Shown here: positions 48,070-61,393 of the stretch, piece after piece
How positions within the stretch are numbered: the stretch's first letter is position 1
How the letters are laid out: every line of letters starts with the position of its first letter
NCBI GenBank assembly: GCA_044378015.1
Contig: JBILXZ010000001.1
Location: 145 to 64,144 of the forward strand
Direction: 5' to 3'
Length of the DNA: 64,000 bases
Source of the DNA: Tagaea sp.
GTDB lineage: Bacteria > Pseudomonadota > Alphaproteobacteria > CACIAM-22H2
Notes under the pieces: model-generated
Seen by the model: only the letters and a program-made list of their open reading frames with translations
Databases searched by the model: none
Told to the model about the DNA's origin: nothing
Made by a program: the position numbers and the translations under genes

Positions 48070-49370
48070 AGGCCCAAAAGATAGCGCGCAAGGCCGAAGG
48101 CCGCCCCTGCGATCACCAACCAATGGATCGCAAGGCCGACGCGCACCAAGAGGCCGAGGGCTGCCGCAGCCACCGCGATCGCGACGAAATCCACACCGCT
48201 TGCAGGCCAGAACACAGCCTGGCCAAGAAACACGCCGAGATTGAGGATCACGCCGACGACCGCGGCCGTGATCGCGCCCAGGGCTGCCGAAGCCGCCTTG
48301 TTCTCGTGCAGGCCCTCGACATAGGGCGCGCCGGCGAGAATGAACAGAAAGCTCGGCAGGAACGTAACGTATGTGGCCAGCAACGCCGCGACGGTCGCAG
48401 CCGTCAGCGGGTCGGCCGCACCGGCATTCCAGCCCGCGAAGAAACCGACATATTGCAGCACCAGGATGAGCGGCCCGGGCGTCGTCTCGGCGAGCGCCAA
48501 ACCGTTCAGCATGTCGGCGGGCGTGAGCCAACCGTAGAGATTGACCGCCGCGTCCGCGACATAAGGGAGAACGGCATAGGCGCCGCCGAACGTGACGAAG
48601 GCCGCCTTCGTGAACAGGGCTGCCACGTCGGCAAAAGGCTTCGCGCCCATCGCGAACAGCACGCCCACGACCGGGATCGCCCACAGCACGGCGAACACGG
48701 CGCCCAAGCCGGCAAAACGCAGCATCGGCCTGGCCGGCAGCAGCACGTCGTCCGGCACGTTGCCGCCGGTGCTGCTCGCGTGCCCGCCGGTCGCAAAGGG
48801 CGAAGCCGTTGTCCCTCGCGCCGACGACACGCCCACGAGAGCCGCCGCTGCCACGACCCACGGGAACCCGACGCCGAAAAAATGGATGGCAACGAAGGCC
48901 GCGGCGGCAAGTGCTGCCGCTTGCCAAGTTTGCAGCGCCTTCTTGCCGATGCGCCAGACCGCATGCAGCACGACGGCAACGACGACCGGTTTGAGCCCGT
49001 CGAAAATCGCCCCGACGGCGCCCGTCTCGCCGTGCACGGCCGCAATGTAGGACAGCACCAGCATGCACAAGGCGCCCGGCAGCACGAACAAGGCGCCCGC
49101 CGCAACCCCGCCCCATGTGCCGTGCAGGCGCCAGCCGATATAGGTGGCAAGCTGCTGCGCTTCGGGGCCCGGCAGCAAAGTGGCGAACGAAAGCCCGCGC
49201 AGGAAACTGCGCTGGCCGATCCAACGCTGCTTGTCGACGAGATCGTGCTGCATCATCGCGATCTGCCCGGCGGGCCCGCCGAAGGACAGGCAGCCCAGCT
49301 TGAGCCAATAGGCGAGGGCGGTCCGGTAGCTCGGCCGGTCGCCGAAAGCGGGGGTGGAAGCGTCGGGCAT
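48066..49370 (-). CDS. chrA: chromate efflux transporter (long, two-domain ChrA)
   Basis: Duplicated CHR domains (LGCLSFGGPAGQIAMMQ and FVTFGGAYAVLPYV); AGGAGG SD 5 nt upstream of ATG 49370. Confidence 0.85.
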   Translation of the reverse strand: MPDASTPAFGDRPSYRTALAYWLKLGCLSFGGPAGQIAMMQHDLVDKQRWIGQRSFLRGLSFATLLPGPEAQQLATYIGWRLHGTWGGVAAGALFVLPGALCMLVLSYIAAVHGETGAVGAIFDGLKPVVVAVVLHAVWRIGKKALQTWQAAALAAAAFVAIHFFGVGFPWVVAAAALVGVSSARGTTASPFATGGHASSTGGNVPDDVLLPARPMLRFAGLGAVFAVLWAIPVVGVLFAMGAKPFADVAALFTKAAFVTFGGAYAVLPYVADAAVNLYGWLTPADMLNGLALAETTPGPLILVLQYVGFFAGWNAGAADPLTAATVAALLATYVTFLPSFLFILAGAPYVEGLHENKAASAALGAITAAVVGVILNLGVFLGQAVFWPASGVDFVAIAVAAAALGLLVRVGLAIHWLVIAGAAFGLARYLLGL

Positions 49371-49399
49371 TGTTCCTCCTTGAAAATGCGGGCGCAAGG

Positions 49400-50326
49400 C
49401 TAGCGCACCTCTTGCCCGCGCACACCCTTGGCGACGACCGGTTTGCCCATAGCGCGCCAGCCGACGATGCCCGTGTCGAGAAACGACGCATCGTAGCCTT
49501 GGGCGCGCAGGGCTGCCGCCGTGTCGCGGCTGAACGAAAAACCGTACACGCAATAGACGACGATTTTGCGTGCGCGCGGTAAGCCCGCTTTGGCGCCGTC
49601 CGGATCGGCCGGATCGAGGCGCAGCGCTTGCGGCAGCATGTCGGTTCCGGCCTCGAAGGCGGGCGCGCGCCGCGCATCGACGAAAACGCCGTCGAAACCG
49701 TCGAGCGCCTCGGCCGCAACGCCGTGCAAGGCGGGCCGTGCTACCTCGCCCCGCCACCGCCGCTCGGCCCCAGTCCAGTCGATCGTGGCCAGAAACGCAT
49801 CGACATAGCGCCCGGCTTCGGCGCCGTAGTCGAGATGGTAGGCGTGTTCGTACATGTCGAGCGCAAGCAACGGCGTTGCGCCCGCAAAACCCATCGCATG
49901 GTCGGCGCCCCATTGGATGGCCAAACGCCCGTCGCGATTCTCGCGCACCAGCACGACCCAGCCCGATCCGCCCGCCAACGCCTTCGCGCAGGCCGCAAAG
50001 CGCCTTTCCCAGATTTCGAACGCGCCGAAATCGCGCGCGATCGCCGCAGCGAATTCCGCGGAGGGCGGTTTCGACGGTGCGAGCGCTTCGAAATAGATTT
50101 CGTGAAGCACCATCGAGTTGTAGGCGGCGAGCTCCTCGCGCTTGAGGGCGTTCAACTCGAAAGCAGGAGCGGAAACGTCGAGCGCATCGAGCCGCCCGGC
50201 GATCGCGTTGAGGCGCTTCACCGCCCCGGCGTAGTTGTTGGCGTAGTGGCTCGCGACCAGCTTTTCGCTGAAACCGGGATAGGATTCGGGTTTAGCCGCC
50301 AAAGGCTTCAGATAACGCATGTCCAT
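49400..50326 (-). CDS. Fe/Mn-SOD-fold (ChrC-like) domain fused to a rhodanese (ChrE-like) domain
   Basis: N-terminal SOD-like fold (SHYANNYAGAV...LHEIYFE...WGADHAMGF...LALDMYEHAYHLDY) with partial metal-ligand set; C-terminal rhodanese active-site loop VVYCVYGFSFSRD. Confidence 0.75.
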   Translation of the reverse strand: MDMRYLKPLAAKPESYPGFSEKLVASHYANNYAGAVKRLNAIAGRLDALDVSAPAFELNALKREELAAYNSMVLHEIYFEALAPSKPPSAEFAAAIARDFGAFEIWERRFAACAKALAGGSGWVVLVRENRDGRLAIQWGADHAMGFAGATPLLALDMYEHAYHLDYGAEAGRYVDAFLATIDWTGAERRWRGEVARPALHGVAAEALDGFDGVFVDARRAPAFEAGTDMLPQALRLDPADPDGAKAGLPRARKIVVYCVYGFSFSRDTAAALRAQGYDASFLDTGIVGWRAMGKPVVAKGVRGQEVR

Positions 50327-50330
50327 CTCC

Positions 50331-50358
50331 TCTCAAGCAAAACCCCTTGAAGGGGTTC
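50331..50358 (-). terminator. intrinsic terminator downstream of greA
   Basis: AACCCCTT-g-AAGGGGTT hairpin followed on the minus strand by TTTTGCTTG. Confidence 0.5.
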
Positions 50359-50471
50359 GCTCAAAAGGCAGCGCTTGGACGAGCGGATCGTCTTGGAAAA
50401 TTCGGGGCGACTGCCGACGGCCCCGCGTGGGGGTCTTCATACGCGCGCGCGCGCGCGAACGCAAGTCGCAC

Positions 50472-50945
50472 TTACTTGAAGCGGACCTTCATGATCTCGT
50501 AGGCCTTGCTGCCGCGCGGCGTGGTCACTTCGACCGTGTCGCCGGCCTGCTTGTTGATAAGCGCGCGCGACAGAGGCGAGGTGATCGAAATGCGGCCCTT
50601 TTCGACGTCGGCCTCGTCGGCGCCGACGATCTGGTAGGTGGCTTCTTCGTTCGTGTCGACGTCGGCCAGCGTCACTTTGGCGCCGAACTTGATGTGTTTG
50701 CCCGACAGCGAGGCGACGTCGATGATCTCGCCGCGGCTCACCTTGTCCTCGAGCTCGCCGATGCGCCCCTCGATGAAGGACTGGCGTTCGCGCGCGGCAT
50801 GGTATTCGGCGTTTTCGGAAAGGTCGCCGTGGTCGCGGGCTTCGGCGATGGCGCGAATGACGGCCGGACGCTCGACAGTCTTGAGGTTCTTTAGTTCCGC
50901 TTCGAGGCGTTCGTAGCCCTCGCGCGTCATCGGAATCTTGTCCAT
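50472..50945 (-). CDS. greA: transcription elongation factor GreA
   Basis: 157 aa; N-terminal coiled coil with acidic tip ([13 protein letters not shown]), C-terminal FKBP-like domain. Confidence 0.95.
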   Translation of the reverse strand: MDKIPMTREGYERLEAELKNLKTVERPAVIRAIAEARDHGDLSENAEYHAARERQSFIEGRIGELEDKVSRGEIIDVASLSGKHIKFGAKVTLADVDTNEEATYQIVGADEADVEKGRISITSPLSRALINKQAGDTVEVTTPRGSKAYEIMKVRFK

Positions 50946-51098
50946 TGCTTGCCGATCCGTGCCCTAACGCTTCCTGTTGTCGCCACGCCGATTTTGCATC
51001 GGCGCCGCCGCCTCTCGCGCCCCATCAACGCTTGTCCGCCGCGGACGGTCTTCGATCGACCGGCCGTCGCGCAAGACCCGCTGGTAAGGGGATCGCCG

Positions 51099-54350
<3,252 letters not shown>

Positions 54351-54353
54351 GTC

Positions 54354-55535
54354 TCAGGCCGCCTTCGAGTTTGTCATCAATGCCGCGAAGCGCGCGAACA
54401 GGTGGTGCGCGTCTTGCGGGCCGGGGCTGGCTTCGGGGTGGTATTGCACCGAGAAGGCCGGGCGGTCGAGGCAGCGCAGGCCTTCGTTGGTCTGGTCGAA
54501 CAGCGACACGTGCGTGGCTTGCGCTGTCGCGGGCAGCGTTTCGGGCAGCACGGCAAAGCCGTGGTTCTGGCTCGTGATCTCGACTTTGCCGGTTTCGAGA
54601 TCCTTGACCGGATGGTTAGCACCCCGATGGCCGCGCGCAAGTTTTGTCGTCTTGGCGCCCAAAGCCAGCGCCAGCAATTGATGGCCCAAGCAGATGCCGA
54701 AAATGGGGATGCGCTTGTCGAGCAGCGCCTTGATCGTCGGCACGGCGTACACGCCCGTTGCCGCTGGATCGCCGGGACCGTTCGACAGGAACACGCCGTC
54801 CGGCTTGTGGCGCAGCACGTCTTCGGCCGTGGCTTGGGCGGGCAGAACCGTCACTTTGCAGCCGGCCTCGGCCAGGCAGCGCAGAATGTTGCGCTTGGCC
54901 CCAAAGTCGATCGCGACCACGTGGAATCTGGGTTTGCCCAACTTGCCGTAGCCCTTGCCGAGCGCCCACACGGTTTCGTCCCACGTGTAGCTTTGGCGCG
55001 CGGTTACTTCCTTCGCGAGGTCCATGCCTTCGAGGCCCGGCCATGCGGCGGCCTCCGCAACCAAGGCGGCCGCGTCGATCCTGCCGTCGGGGCGATGCAG
55101 CAGCGTGCCGTTGGGGGCGCCCGCATCGCGGATATGGCGCGTCAGCGCGCGCGTATCGATGCCGCAAATGCCCGGGATGCCGTTGACCTTCAGCCACACA
55201 TCGAGCGATTGCGTGGCGCGGAAATTCGAAGGCGCCATGACGTCCTCACGCAGCACGAGGCCACGTGCCGCCGGCACCAAGGTTTCGATGTCCTCGGGAT
55301 TGGCGCCGACATTGCCGATATGCGGGAAGGTGAAGGTGACGATCTGGCCCGCATAGGACGGATCGGTCAGGATTTCCTGGTAGCCGGTGATCGAGGTGTT
55401 GAAGCACACCTCGCCGGTCTTCTTGGCCGCAGCCCCGAGCCCCTTGCCCCAGAAGACCGTGCCGTCCGATAGCGCCAAGGCGGCGGTCGCACCGGGGGGC
55501 GCACCGTGCGGCGGGCTCGATTTGCGGTTGGGCAT
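54354..55535 (-). CDS. carA: carbamoyl-phosphate synthase small subunit (glutamine amidotransferase)
   Basis: GATase triad region [12 protein letters not shown]; 4 nt upstream of carB; start at MPNRKS with GAGGAG SD. Confidence 0.95.
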   Translation of the reverse strand: MPNRKSSPPHGAPPGATAALALSDGTVFWGKGLGAAAKKTGEVCFNTSITGYQEILTDPSYAGQIVTFTFPHIGNVGANPEDIETLVPAARGLVLREDVMAPSNFRATQSLDVWLKVNGIPGICGIDTRALTRHIRDAGAPNGTLLHRPDGRIDAAALVAEAAAWPGLEGMDLAKEVTARQSYTWDETVWALGKGYGKLGKPRFHVVAIDFGAKRNILRCLAEAGCKVTVLPAQATAEDVLRHKPDGVFLSNGPGDPAATGVYAVPTIKALLDKRIPIFGICLGHQLLALALGAKTTKLARGHRGANHPVKDLETGKVEITSQNHGFAVLPETLPATAQATHVSLFDQTNEGLRCLDRPAFSVQYHPEASPGPQDAHHLFARFAALMTNSKAA

Positions 55536-55732
55536 CGGCGATCTCCTCGGGTGGCGGTGGACACGCGATGCGAGGCGTCTACGCAAAGAGCCGTCGGCCG
55601 GTCAATCGCCGCTTTTCCACAGCCCAAACAACTGATCCGACCGCAGTTTTCGGCATGCAGGCGCGCGCGGCCGAGCGGCCGAGCGCCCGAATCGCTGGCA
55701 TTTCCTGGACCGTTCGGATAAGTCTGTACCGA

Positions 55733-56290
55733 ATGGTAAAGCAGATCGCCGAACGCAACGACCTGTTGCCGAAGCTCGCCCAACTCTTCCGGCGACACGG
55801 CTACGAAGGGACTTCGCTTGCCGCGATCGCGGCGGGCACGGGCTTGGGCAAAGGCAGCCTCTACCATTTTTTCCCGCGCGGTAAGCCCGAGATGGCGCAA
55901 GCCGTGCTCGACGAAACGGCGGCGTGGTTCGCGCGCGAAGTACTGGGGCCTTTGCGCCATCCGGGGCCCCCGCGCGTCGCGATCCGCGAAATGTGCCGGG
56001 CCCTCGAAGCGCACCACAAAGGCGGCACGCAAATCTGCGCCTTCACGCTGTTCGCGGCCGACGAAACGCAAACGCTGTTCGCGGCGCCGTTGCGCGCGCA
56101 TTTCCAGCAATGGATCGAAGCTTTGGCGCGCGTGCTGGTGCTCGCAGGCCGCGGGCCCGCTGCCGCGCGCACCGAGGCGTTCGATGCGGTCGCAACCGTG
56201 CAAGGGGCGATCGTTCTGGCGCGTGCGGCCGAAGACGGGCGCGTGTTCGCAGGTGCGGTCGCGCGGCTCGAAGCGCGGCTATGCGCCTAA
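55733..56290 (+). CDS. TetR/AcrR-family transcriptional regulator
   Basis: HTH YEGTSLAAIAAGTGLGKGSLYHFFPRGKPEMAQAV; divergent from carAB; 3' end overlaps glcF by 12 nt (convergent). Confidence 0.8.
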   Translation: MVKQIAERNDLLPKLAQLFRRHGYEGTSLAAIAAGTGLGKGSLYHFFPRGKPEMAQAVLDETAAWFAREVLGPLRHPGPPRVAIREMCRALEAHHKGGTQICAFTLFAADETQTLFAAPLRAHFQQWIEALARVLVLAGRGPAAARTEAFDAVATVQGAIVLARAAEDGRVFAGAVARLEARLCA

Positions 56291-57580
56291 CGCGGCCGGC
56301 TTCGGCCCGCCGGTGGCCCAATCCATCAGCTCGACCGTGTGGACGACCGGCATGTCGGCGGCGGCGGCGATCTGCGCCATGCAGCCGATATTGCCGGCCG
56401 CAACGACGCTGGCGCCCGTGGCCGCAAGATTGGCGACCTTGCGCGCCTGCAATTGCCCGGCGATTTCGGGCTGCATCAGATTGTAGGTGCCGGCCGACCC
56501 GCAGCACAGATGCCCCTCGGCCGGGTCGCGCATCGCAAAGCCCGCATCGGCAAGCAACTTGCGCGGCACCGCCCCCAGCTTCTGCCCGTGCTGCAGCGAG
56601 CAGGCCGAATGGTACGCCACGACAAGCGGCTCGGGCGCTTTCGCGGCCGGTTCGAGGTCGCGCAAGATTTCGGAAACGTCGCGCGCCCGGCTCGAGACGG
56701 CTTCGGCCGCCACTTTCAGCTGCGCGTCTTCGCGGAACATGAAGCCGTAATCCTTGACCGTGGTGCCGCAACCCGACGCGTTGACGACGATCGCGTCCGG
56801 CCCGCGCCCGTCCCACATCCCCATCCAGGCGCGGATATTGGCCGCCGCCGACGCATGGCTCGCATCGACATTGCCCATATGGTGCGTCAATGCCCCGCAG
56901 CATCCCGAACCGGGCGCGATCGCCACCTCGCAGCCCAGTCTTGTGAGCACGCGCACGGTCGCTTCGTTGATCTGCGGGGCCAGCACTTGCTGGGCACAAC
57001 CTTGCAGCAGGGTCACGCGCATTTTGGTTTCGCCCTGCGCCGGGAATATCCGCGCTTCGCCGATCTGCGAGGGCGACGGGATCGAGGTCGGCGCCATTTC
57101 CAACATTGCGCGCAGCCGCGCAAACGGCACGGTCCGGGGCAACAGCCCCTTCAAGGGCCGTGCGAGCAAAGCTCCGACGAGGGCCACGCGAAAGCGCTGC
57201 GGATGCGGCAACACGAATGCCAGCACGCGGCGCAGCAGGCGCTCGTGCCACGGGCGCACATAGGTCGCCTCGATATGCGCGCGCGCATGGTCGACGAGAT
57301 GCATGTAGTTGACGCCCGATGGGCACGTGGTCATGCACGAAAGGCACGAGAGGCACCGGTCCACGTGCTTGACCGTGCGCGCATCCGCCGGCCGGTTCTT
57401 TTCGAGCATGTCTTTGATGAGATAGATGCGCCCGCGCGGAGAGTCGAGTTCGTCGCCGAGCAGCGTGTAGGTCGGGCACGTTGCCGTGCAGAAACCGCAA
57501 TGCACGCATTTGCGCAGGATCGCTTCCGACGCCTTCATGTCGGGATCGGCCAATTGGGCAAGCGTGAAATTGGTTTGCAT
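56279..57580 (-). CDS. glcF: glycolate oxidase iron-sulfur subunit
   Basis: Two 4Fe-4S motifs (CVHCGFCTATCPT; CLSCLSCMTTCP) and CCG domains. Confidence 0.9.
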   Translation of the reverse strand: MQTNFTLAQLADPDMKASEAILRKCVHCGFCTATCPTYTLLGDELDSPRGRIYLIKDMLEKNRPADARTVKHVDRCLSCLSCMTTCPSGVNYMHLVDHARAHIEATYVRPWHERLLRRVLAFVLPHPQRFRVALVGALLARPLKGLLPRTVPFARLRAMLEMAPTSIPSPSQIGEARIFPAQGETKMRVTLLQGCAQQVLAPQINEATVRVLTRLGCEVAIAPGSGCCGALTHHMGNVDASHASAAANIRAWMGMWDGRGPDAIVVNASGCGTTVKDYGFMFREDAQLKVAAEAVSSRARDVSEILRDLEPAAKAPEPLVVAYHSACSLQHGQKLGAVPRKLLADAGFAMRDPAEGHLCCGSAGTYNLMQPEIAGQLQARKVANLAATGASVVAAGNIGCMAQIAAAADMPVVHTVELMDWATGGPKPAALGA

Positions 57581-57591
57581 CGGGGGCGCTC

Positions 57592-58797
57592 TCAGTAGGC
57601 TTCCGACAGGCGGCCGGGATTGAGGATGCCCTTGGGATCGAACTGGGCTTTGACGCCGCGATTGAGGGCAGCCACGGCGGCCGACGGCGGTTCGAACACG
57701 GGCACGGCCAGGCGCAACGCGTCGGGTGCGCGCATCAAAGTCGCGTGGCCTTCCGCGAAGCTAGCGCGGATAATGGACGCCTGCGCGTCACCCGAGGCGG
57801 GCACGGCCAGCCAAACCAAGCCCCCGCCCCAGTCGCAGAACCAATCCGCGTCGGATGCCGCGGCCGCAACGGCGGGTCCTCGCGTGGGTGCGACCGACAC
57901 GCGCCAGATCGCCGCGTTGCGGTCGGGCAGCAGGGCGGCGACGTCGCGGATCTCGCGCCAGAGTTTGAGGCTGCGCATCGTGTGCAGTTCTTCGACCGGT
58001 CCGAACGCGCCCAAGCTGCGGCGCAAAGCCTCGCAGCGAGCCGCGACCGAAACGGAAGTGCCCTCGACGCGGATGGCGATGACGCTCGCACTCGCCTGGG
58101 CCACATGGTCGACGCCCGAGCGTGCGGCCGCGCGCTTGGGCAGATAGGCCGCTCCCGACACTTCCCACGGGCTGTTGAGCGCGTCGGCCATCGCTGCCAC
58201 GGCTTTGGCGGGATCGAGGCCGAACACGAGCACGCTGCGCGTCTTGGCACCCGCCGGCATCACCTTGACCGTGACGCGGTCGAGGACAGCAAGCGTGCCC
58301 ATGGCACCCGCCACGATCTTCGGCAGATCGTAGCCGGTCACGTTCTTGACGACTTTGGACCCTGCCTTGAATTCCTCGCCGCGCCCCGACACGCCCGAGA
58401 ATCCCAAGAAATGGTCGCGCGCCGATCCCATTTTGATGCGGCGCGGGCCGCCCAGATTGGCGGCCAACGCGCCGCCTATGCTGCCGCTGTCGGCTTCCGC
58501 GATACCGTAGAGGACACCCAGATCCGGCGGCTCGAAAGCCAGCATCTGCGCGCGCTGTTCGAGCAGCAGCAGAATGTCGCGCATCTTCGTGGCGGCATTG
58601 CAGGTCAGCACGAGCTCTTCGGGCTCGTATTCGACATCGCCCGCCAGCGCCGACAGATCGAGCGTGCGTGCGGGCGCCGTCGGCCGACCGAGGCCCGACT
58701 TGGTGCCGAGGCCCTGCACGCGCAGCGCCTCGCCTTCGGCGGCGGCGTAGGCCACGCATTCCTGCAGCTGTTTGGCGTTGGTCGGCTTGAAATCCAT
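57592..58797 (-). CDS. glcE: glycolate oxidase FAD-binding subunit
   Basis: FAD-binding PCMH domain; position between glcD and glcF. Confidence 0.85.
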   Translation of the reverse strand: MDFKPTNAKQLQECVAYAAAEGEALRVQGLGTKSGLGRPTAPARTLDLSALAGDVEYEPEELVLTCNAATKMRDILLLLEQRAQMLAFEPPDLGVLYGIAEADSGSIGGALAANLGGPRRIKMGSARDHFLGFSGVSGRGEEFKAGSKVVKNVTGYDLPKIVAGAMGTLAVLDRVTVKVMPAGAKTRSVLVFGLDPAKAVAAMADALNSPWEVSGAAYLPKRAAARSGVDHVAQASASVIAIRVEGTSVSVAARCEALRRSLGAFGPVEELHTMRSLKLWREIRDVAALLPDRNAAIWRVSVAPTRGPAVAAAASDADWFCDWGGGLVWLAVPASGDAQASIIRASFAEGHATLMRAPDALRLAVPVFEPPSAAVAALNRGVKAQFDPKGILNPGRLSEAY

Positions 58798-58813
58798 CGC
58801 GCGTTTGCCGCCT

Positions 58814-60304
58814 TTAGAATCGCGGCAGATCGGGGAACGGCACCTGGCCCTTGTGCACGCGCATGCGCCCCATCTCGGCGCAGCGATGCAGCTGCGGGAA
58901 CACTTTGCCAGGATTGAGCAGCCCGTCGGCGTCGAAGGCGCATTTGAGGCGCATCTGCGTGGCGAGGTCGTCGTCGTCGAACATCGCGGGCATCAGATCG
59001 CGCTTCTCGACGCCCACGCCGTGCTCGCCGGTGAGCACGCCGCCCGCCGCCACGCACAGGCGCAGAATGTCGGCGCCGCAGGCTTCGGCGGCCAGCAATT
59101 CGCCGTCCTTGTTGGCGTCGAACAGAATGAGCGGATGCAGATTGCCGTCGCCCGCATGGAACACGTTGGCCACGCCCACGCCGTGCTTGGCGGCGATGTC
59201 GGAAATGCCGCGCAGCACGTCGGCGAGGCGCTTGCGCGGGATCGTGCCGTCCATGCAGATGTAGTCCGGGCTGATGCGCCCCACCGCCGGGAACGCCGCC
59301 TTGCGCCCGGCCCAGAAGCGCATGCGCTCCTCTTCCGATTCCGAAATGCGGCTCGTGACGGCGTTGTTCTCGCGCGCGATGCGCTCCACGTTCGCGATGA
59401 GCTCGTCGACTTCCGCCTGCGGCCCGTCGAGTTCGACGATGAGCAGGCTTTCGACGTCGAGCGGATAGCCCGCGTGCACGAAGGCTTCGGCCGCATGGAT
59501 CGCGGGCTTGTCCATCATCTCGATGCCGCCGGGCACGATGCCCTCGGCGATGATCTGCGCCACGCAATTGCCGCCGTCTTCGAGCGAGGGGAAACCGACG
59601 AGCACGGCGCGCGCTGTCTCGGGCTTGCGCAGCAGACGCACGGTCACTTCTGTGACCACACCCAAAAGCCCTTCGGAACCGACCACGATGCCGAGCAGAT
59701 CGTAGCCGCCCGCATCGAGATGCTTGCCGCCGAGCCGCACCACGTCGCCCGCCATCGTCACCATCTCGACGCCCAGCACGTTGTTCGTCGTGAGGCCGTA
59801 TTTGAGGCAGTGCACGCCGCCCGAGTTTTCGGCGACGTTGCCGCCGATCGTGCAGGCGATCTGCGAGGAAGGATCGGGCGCGTAGTAGAAGCCTGCATGC
59901 TGAACGGCCTGGGTGATGCCGAGATTGGTCACGCCCGGCTGCACGCGGGCGCAGCGGTTTGCGAAATCGATCTCGAGCACCTTGTTGAACTTCGCCATGC
60001 CGAGCAGGATGCCGTCTTCGAGCGGCAAGGCGCCGCCCGACAAGCCCGTGCCCGCCCCGCGCGGCACGATCTTGATGCCGTTGGCCTGGCAGTATTTCAT
60101 CACGGCGGCGACCTGCGCCACGTTCGAGGGCAGCACCACGACCATCGGCAATGCGCGGTATATGTTGAGCCCGTCGCATTCGTAGGCGCGGCGCTCTTCT
60201 TCGGCGTCGATCACGCCCTCGCCGGGAACCAGTCCGCGCAGATCGGCCACAATCCTGTCGCGGCGGGCGAGGATTGCGGCATCGGGTACCGGCATGGTCG
60301 GCAT
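58814..60304 (-). CDS. glcD: glycolate oxidase subunit GlcD
   Basis: Aligns over full length with E. coli GlcD (RGAGTGLSGGALP; CIGGNVAENSGGVHCLKYGLT; HAGDGNLHP; NPGKVFP..HRCAE). Confidence 0.9.
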   Translation of the reverse strand: MPTMPVPDAAILARRDRIVADLRGLVPGEGVIDAEEERRAYECDGLNIYRALPMVVVLPSNVAQVAAVMKYCQANGIKIVPRGAGTGLSGGALPLEDGILLGMAKFNKVLEIDFANRCARVQPGVTNLGITQAVQHAGFYYAPDPSSQIACTIGGNVAENSGGVHCLKYGLTTNNVLGVEMVTMAGDVVRLGGKHLDAGGYDLLGIVVGSEGLLGVVTEVTVRLLRKPETARAVLVGFPSLEDGGNCVAQIIAEGIVPGGIEMMDKPAIHAAEAFVHAGYPLDVESLLIVELDGPQAEVDELIANVERIARENNAVTSRISESEEERMRFWAGRKAAFPAVGRISPDYICMDGTIPRKRLADVLRGISDIAAKHGVGVANVFHAGDGNLHPLILFDANKDGELLAAEACGADILRLCVAAGGVLTGEHGVGVEKRDLMPAMFDDDDLATQMRLKCAFDADGLLNPGKVFPQLHRCAEMGRMRVHKGQVPFPDLPRF

Positions 60305-60370
60305 TGGCGGTCTCCCAGGGACGTCGTTCGTCCGACTATAGAAGAGGCAGCCGCAGGGCAGTCAAAAGAA

Positions 60371-60405
60371 AACCCGCGCCGGGCGGGCCGACGCGGGGTT
60401 TTTCC
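60371..60405 (-). terminator. intrinsic (bidirectional-looking) terminator after rpmJ
   Basis: aaaaCCCGCG-(loop)-CGCGGGgtttttcc: GC stem flanked by an A-run and a T-run. Confidence 0.5.
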
Positions 60406-60440
60406 GCGATACAGAATAAAATCGCGCGCGCGCCGCTCGG

Positions 60441-60566
60441 TCAGCCTTGGCGGGCCTTGAAGCGCGGATTCTTCTTGTTGATCACATAGACGCGGCCCTT
60501 GCGACGGACGATCTTGCAGTCCTTGTCGCGCTTTTTGGCCGACTTCAGGGAGTTCACGACCTTCAT
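60441..60566 (-). CDS. rpmJ: 50S ribosomal protein L36, zinc-independent (C-) form
   Basis: Hand translation gives [41 protein letters not shown] (41 aa, single Cys); absent from the ORF track because it is under the length cut-off. Confidence 0.85.
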   Translation of the reverse strand: MKVVNSLKSAKKRDKDCKIVRRKGRVYVINKKNPRFKARQG

Positions 60567-60795
60567 GGCACGTCTGTTCCAGCGATAAAGTTGCGCGTCC
60601 AGGCCGATTTGTCCGGCCCCGAAAGAGCGCGGAACATAGGGGGGTATGCGCCGCCTGTCAACCCGCCCAAAAGCCTTTGATAAAAAACCGAATAGCGCCG
60701 CAGCGCCGATGGACAGGCGGCATCCCCGCCCCTAGGATGCCGCCCGGCGTTGCCGAAGAACCGGTGTCCCCCAACCCGGCGACCAGAAGAAGTCG

Positions 60796-61389
60796 ATGAT
60801 CGAGTGGATCGAAAGTCACGGCGAGTGGTTCTACCTGATCACGTTCGTCTGGACCTTTTTCGAAGGCGAAACCTTCGTGATTTTCGCGGGCGTCGCGGCC
60901 CAGCTCGGCATTCTGCGGCTCGACTATCTGATCGCCTGCGCATGGTTCGGCAGTTTTCTCGGCGACAATCTCTATTTCTGGCTCGGGCGGCGCTACGGCG
61001 AGCGGCTGGTCGCGCGCTTTCCGCGGATCAAGCCCGGCACGGACCTCGCCATTCTTTGGCTCAAGAAATACAATACCGGCTTCATTCTGAGTTTCCGCTT
61101 CATCTATCTCGTCCGCAACTTCAGTTCCTTCGCGTGCGGCATGAGCGGCATCTTCTGGCCGCGCTTCATGGTGCTGAATTTCATCGCGGCCGGCGTGTGG
61201 GCCTCGACCTTCGCGGGAGCGGGCTACCTGTTCGGCGTCGTGTTCACGGAGGCCGCCTTGCCGATAAAGATCGGCGTGCTGTGCGTGTTCGGCAGCCTCA
61301 TCGGCTACGCGATCTACATGCACCGCAAAAACAGGAAAACGACCGAAGCGCTCAAAGCGGCCGAAGCGTCCAACCCGCCGGCACCGTGA
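60796..61389 (+). CDS. DedA-family (SNARE-associated, TVP38/TMEM64) membrane protein
   Basis: FFEGETFVIFAGVAAQLG and GxxxFLGDNLYFWLGRRYG DedA signature. Confidence 0.85.
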   Translation: MIEWIESHGEWFYLITFVWTFFEGETFVIFAGVAAQLGILRLDYLIACAWFGSFLGDNLYFWLGRRYGERLVARFPRIKPGTDLAILWLKKYNTGFILSFRFIYLVRNFSSFACGMSGIFWPRFMVLNFIAAGVWASTFAGAGYLFGVVFTEAALPIKIGVLCVFGSLIGYAIYMHRKNRKTTEALKAAEASNPPAP

Positions 61390-61393
61390 AACG

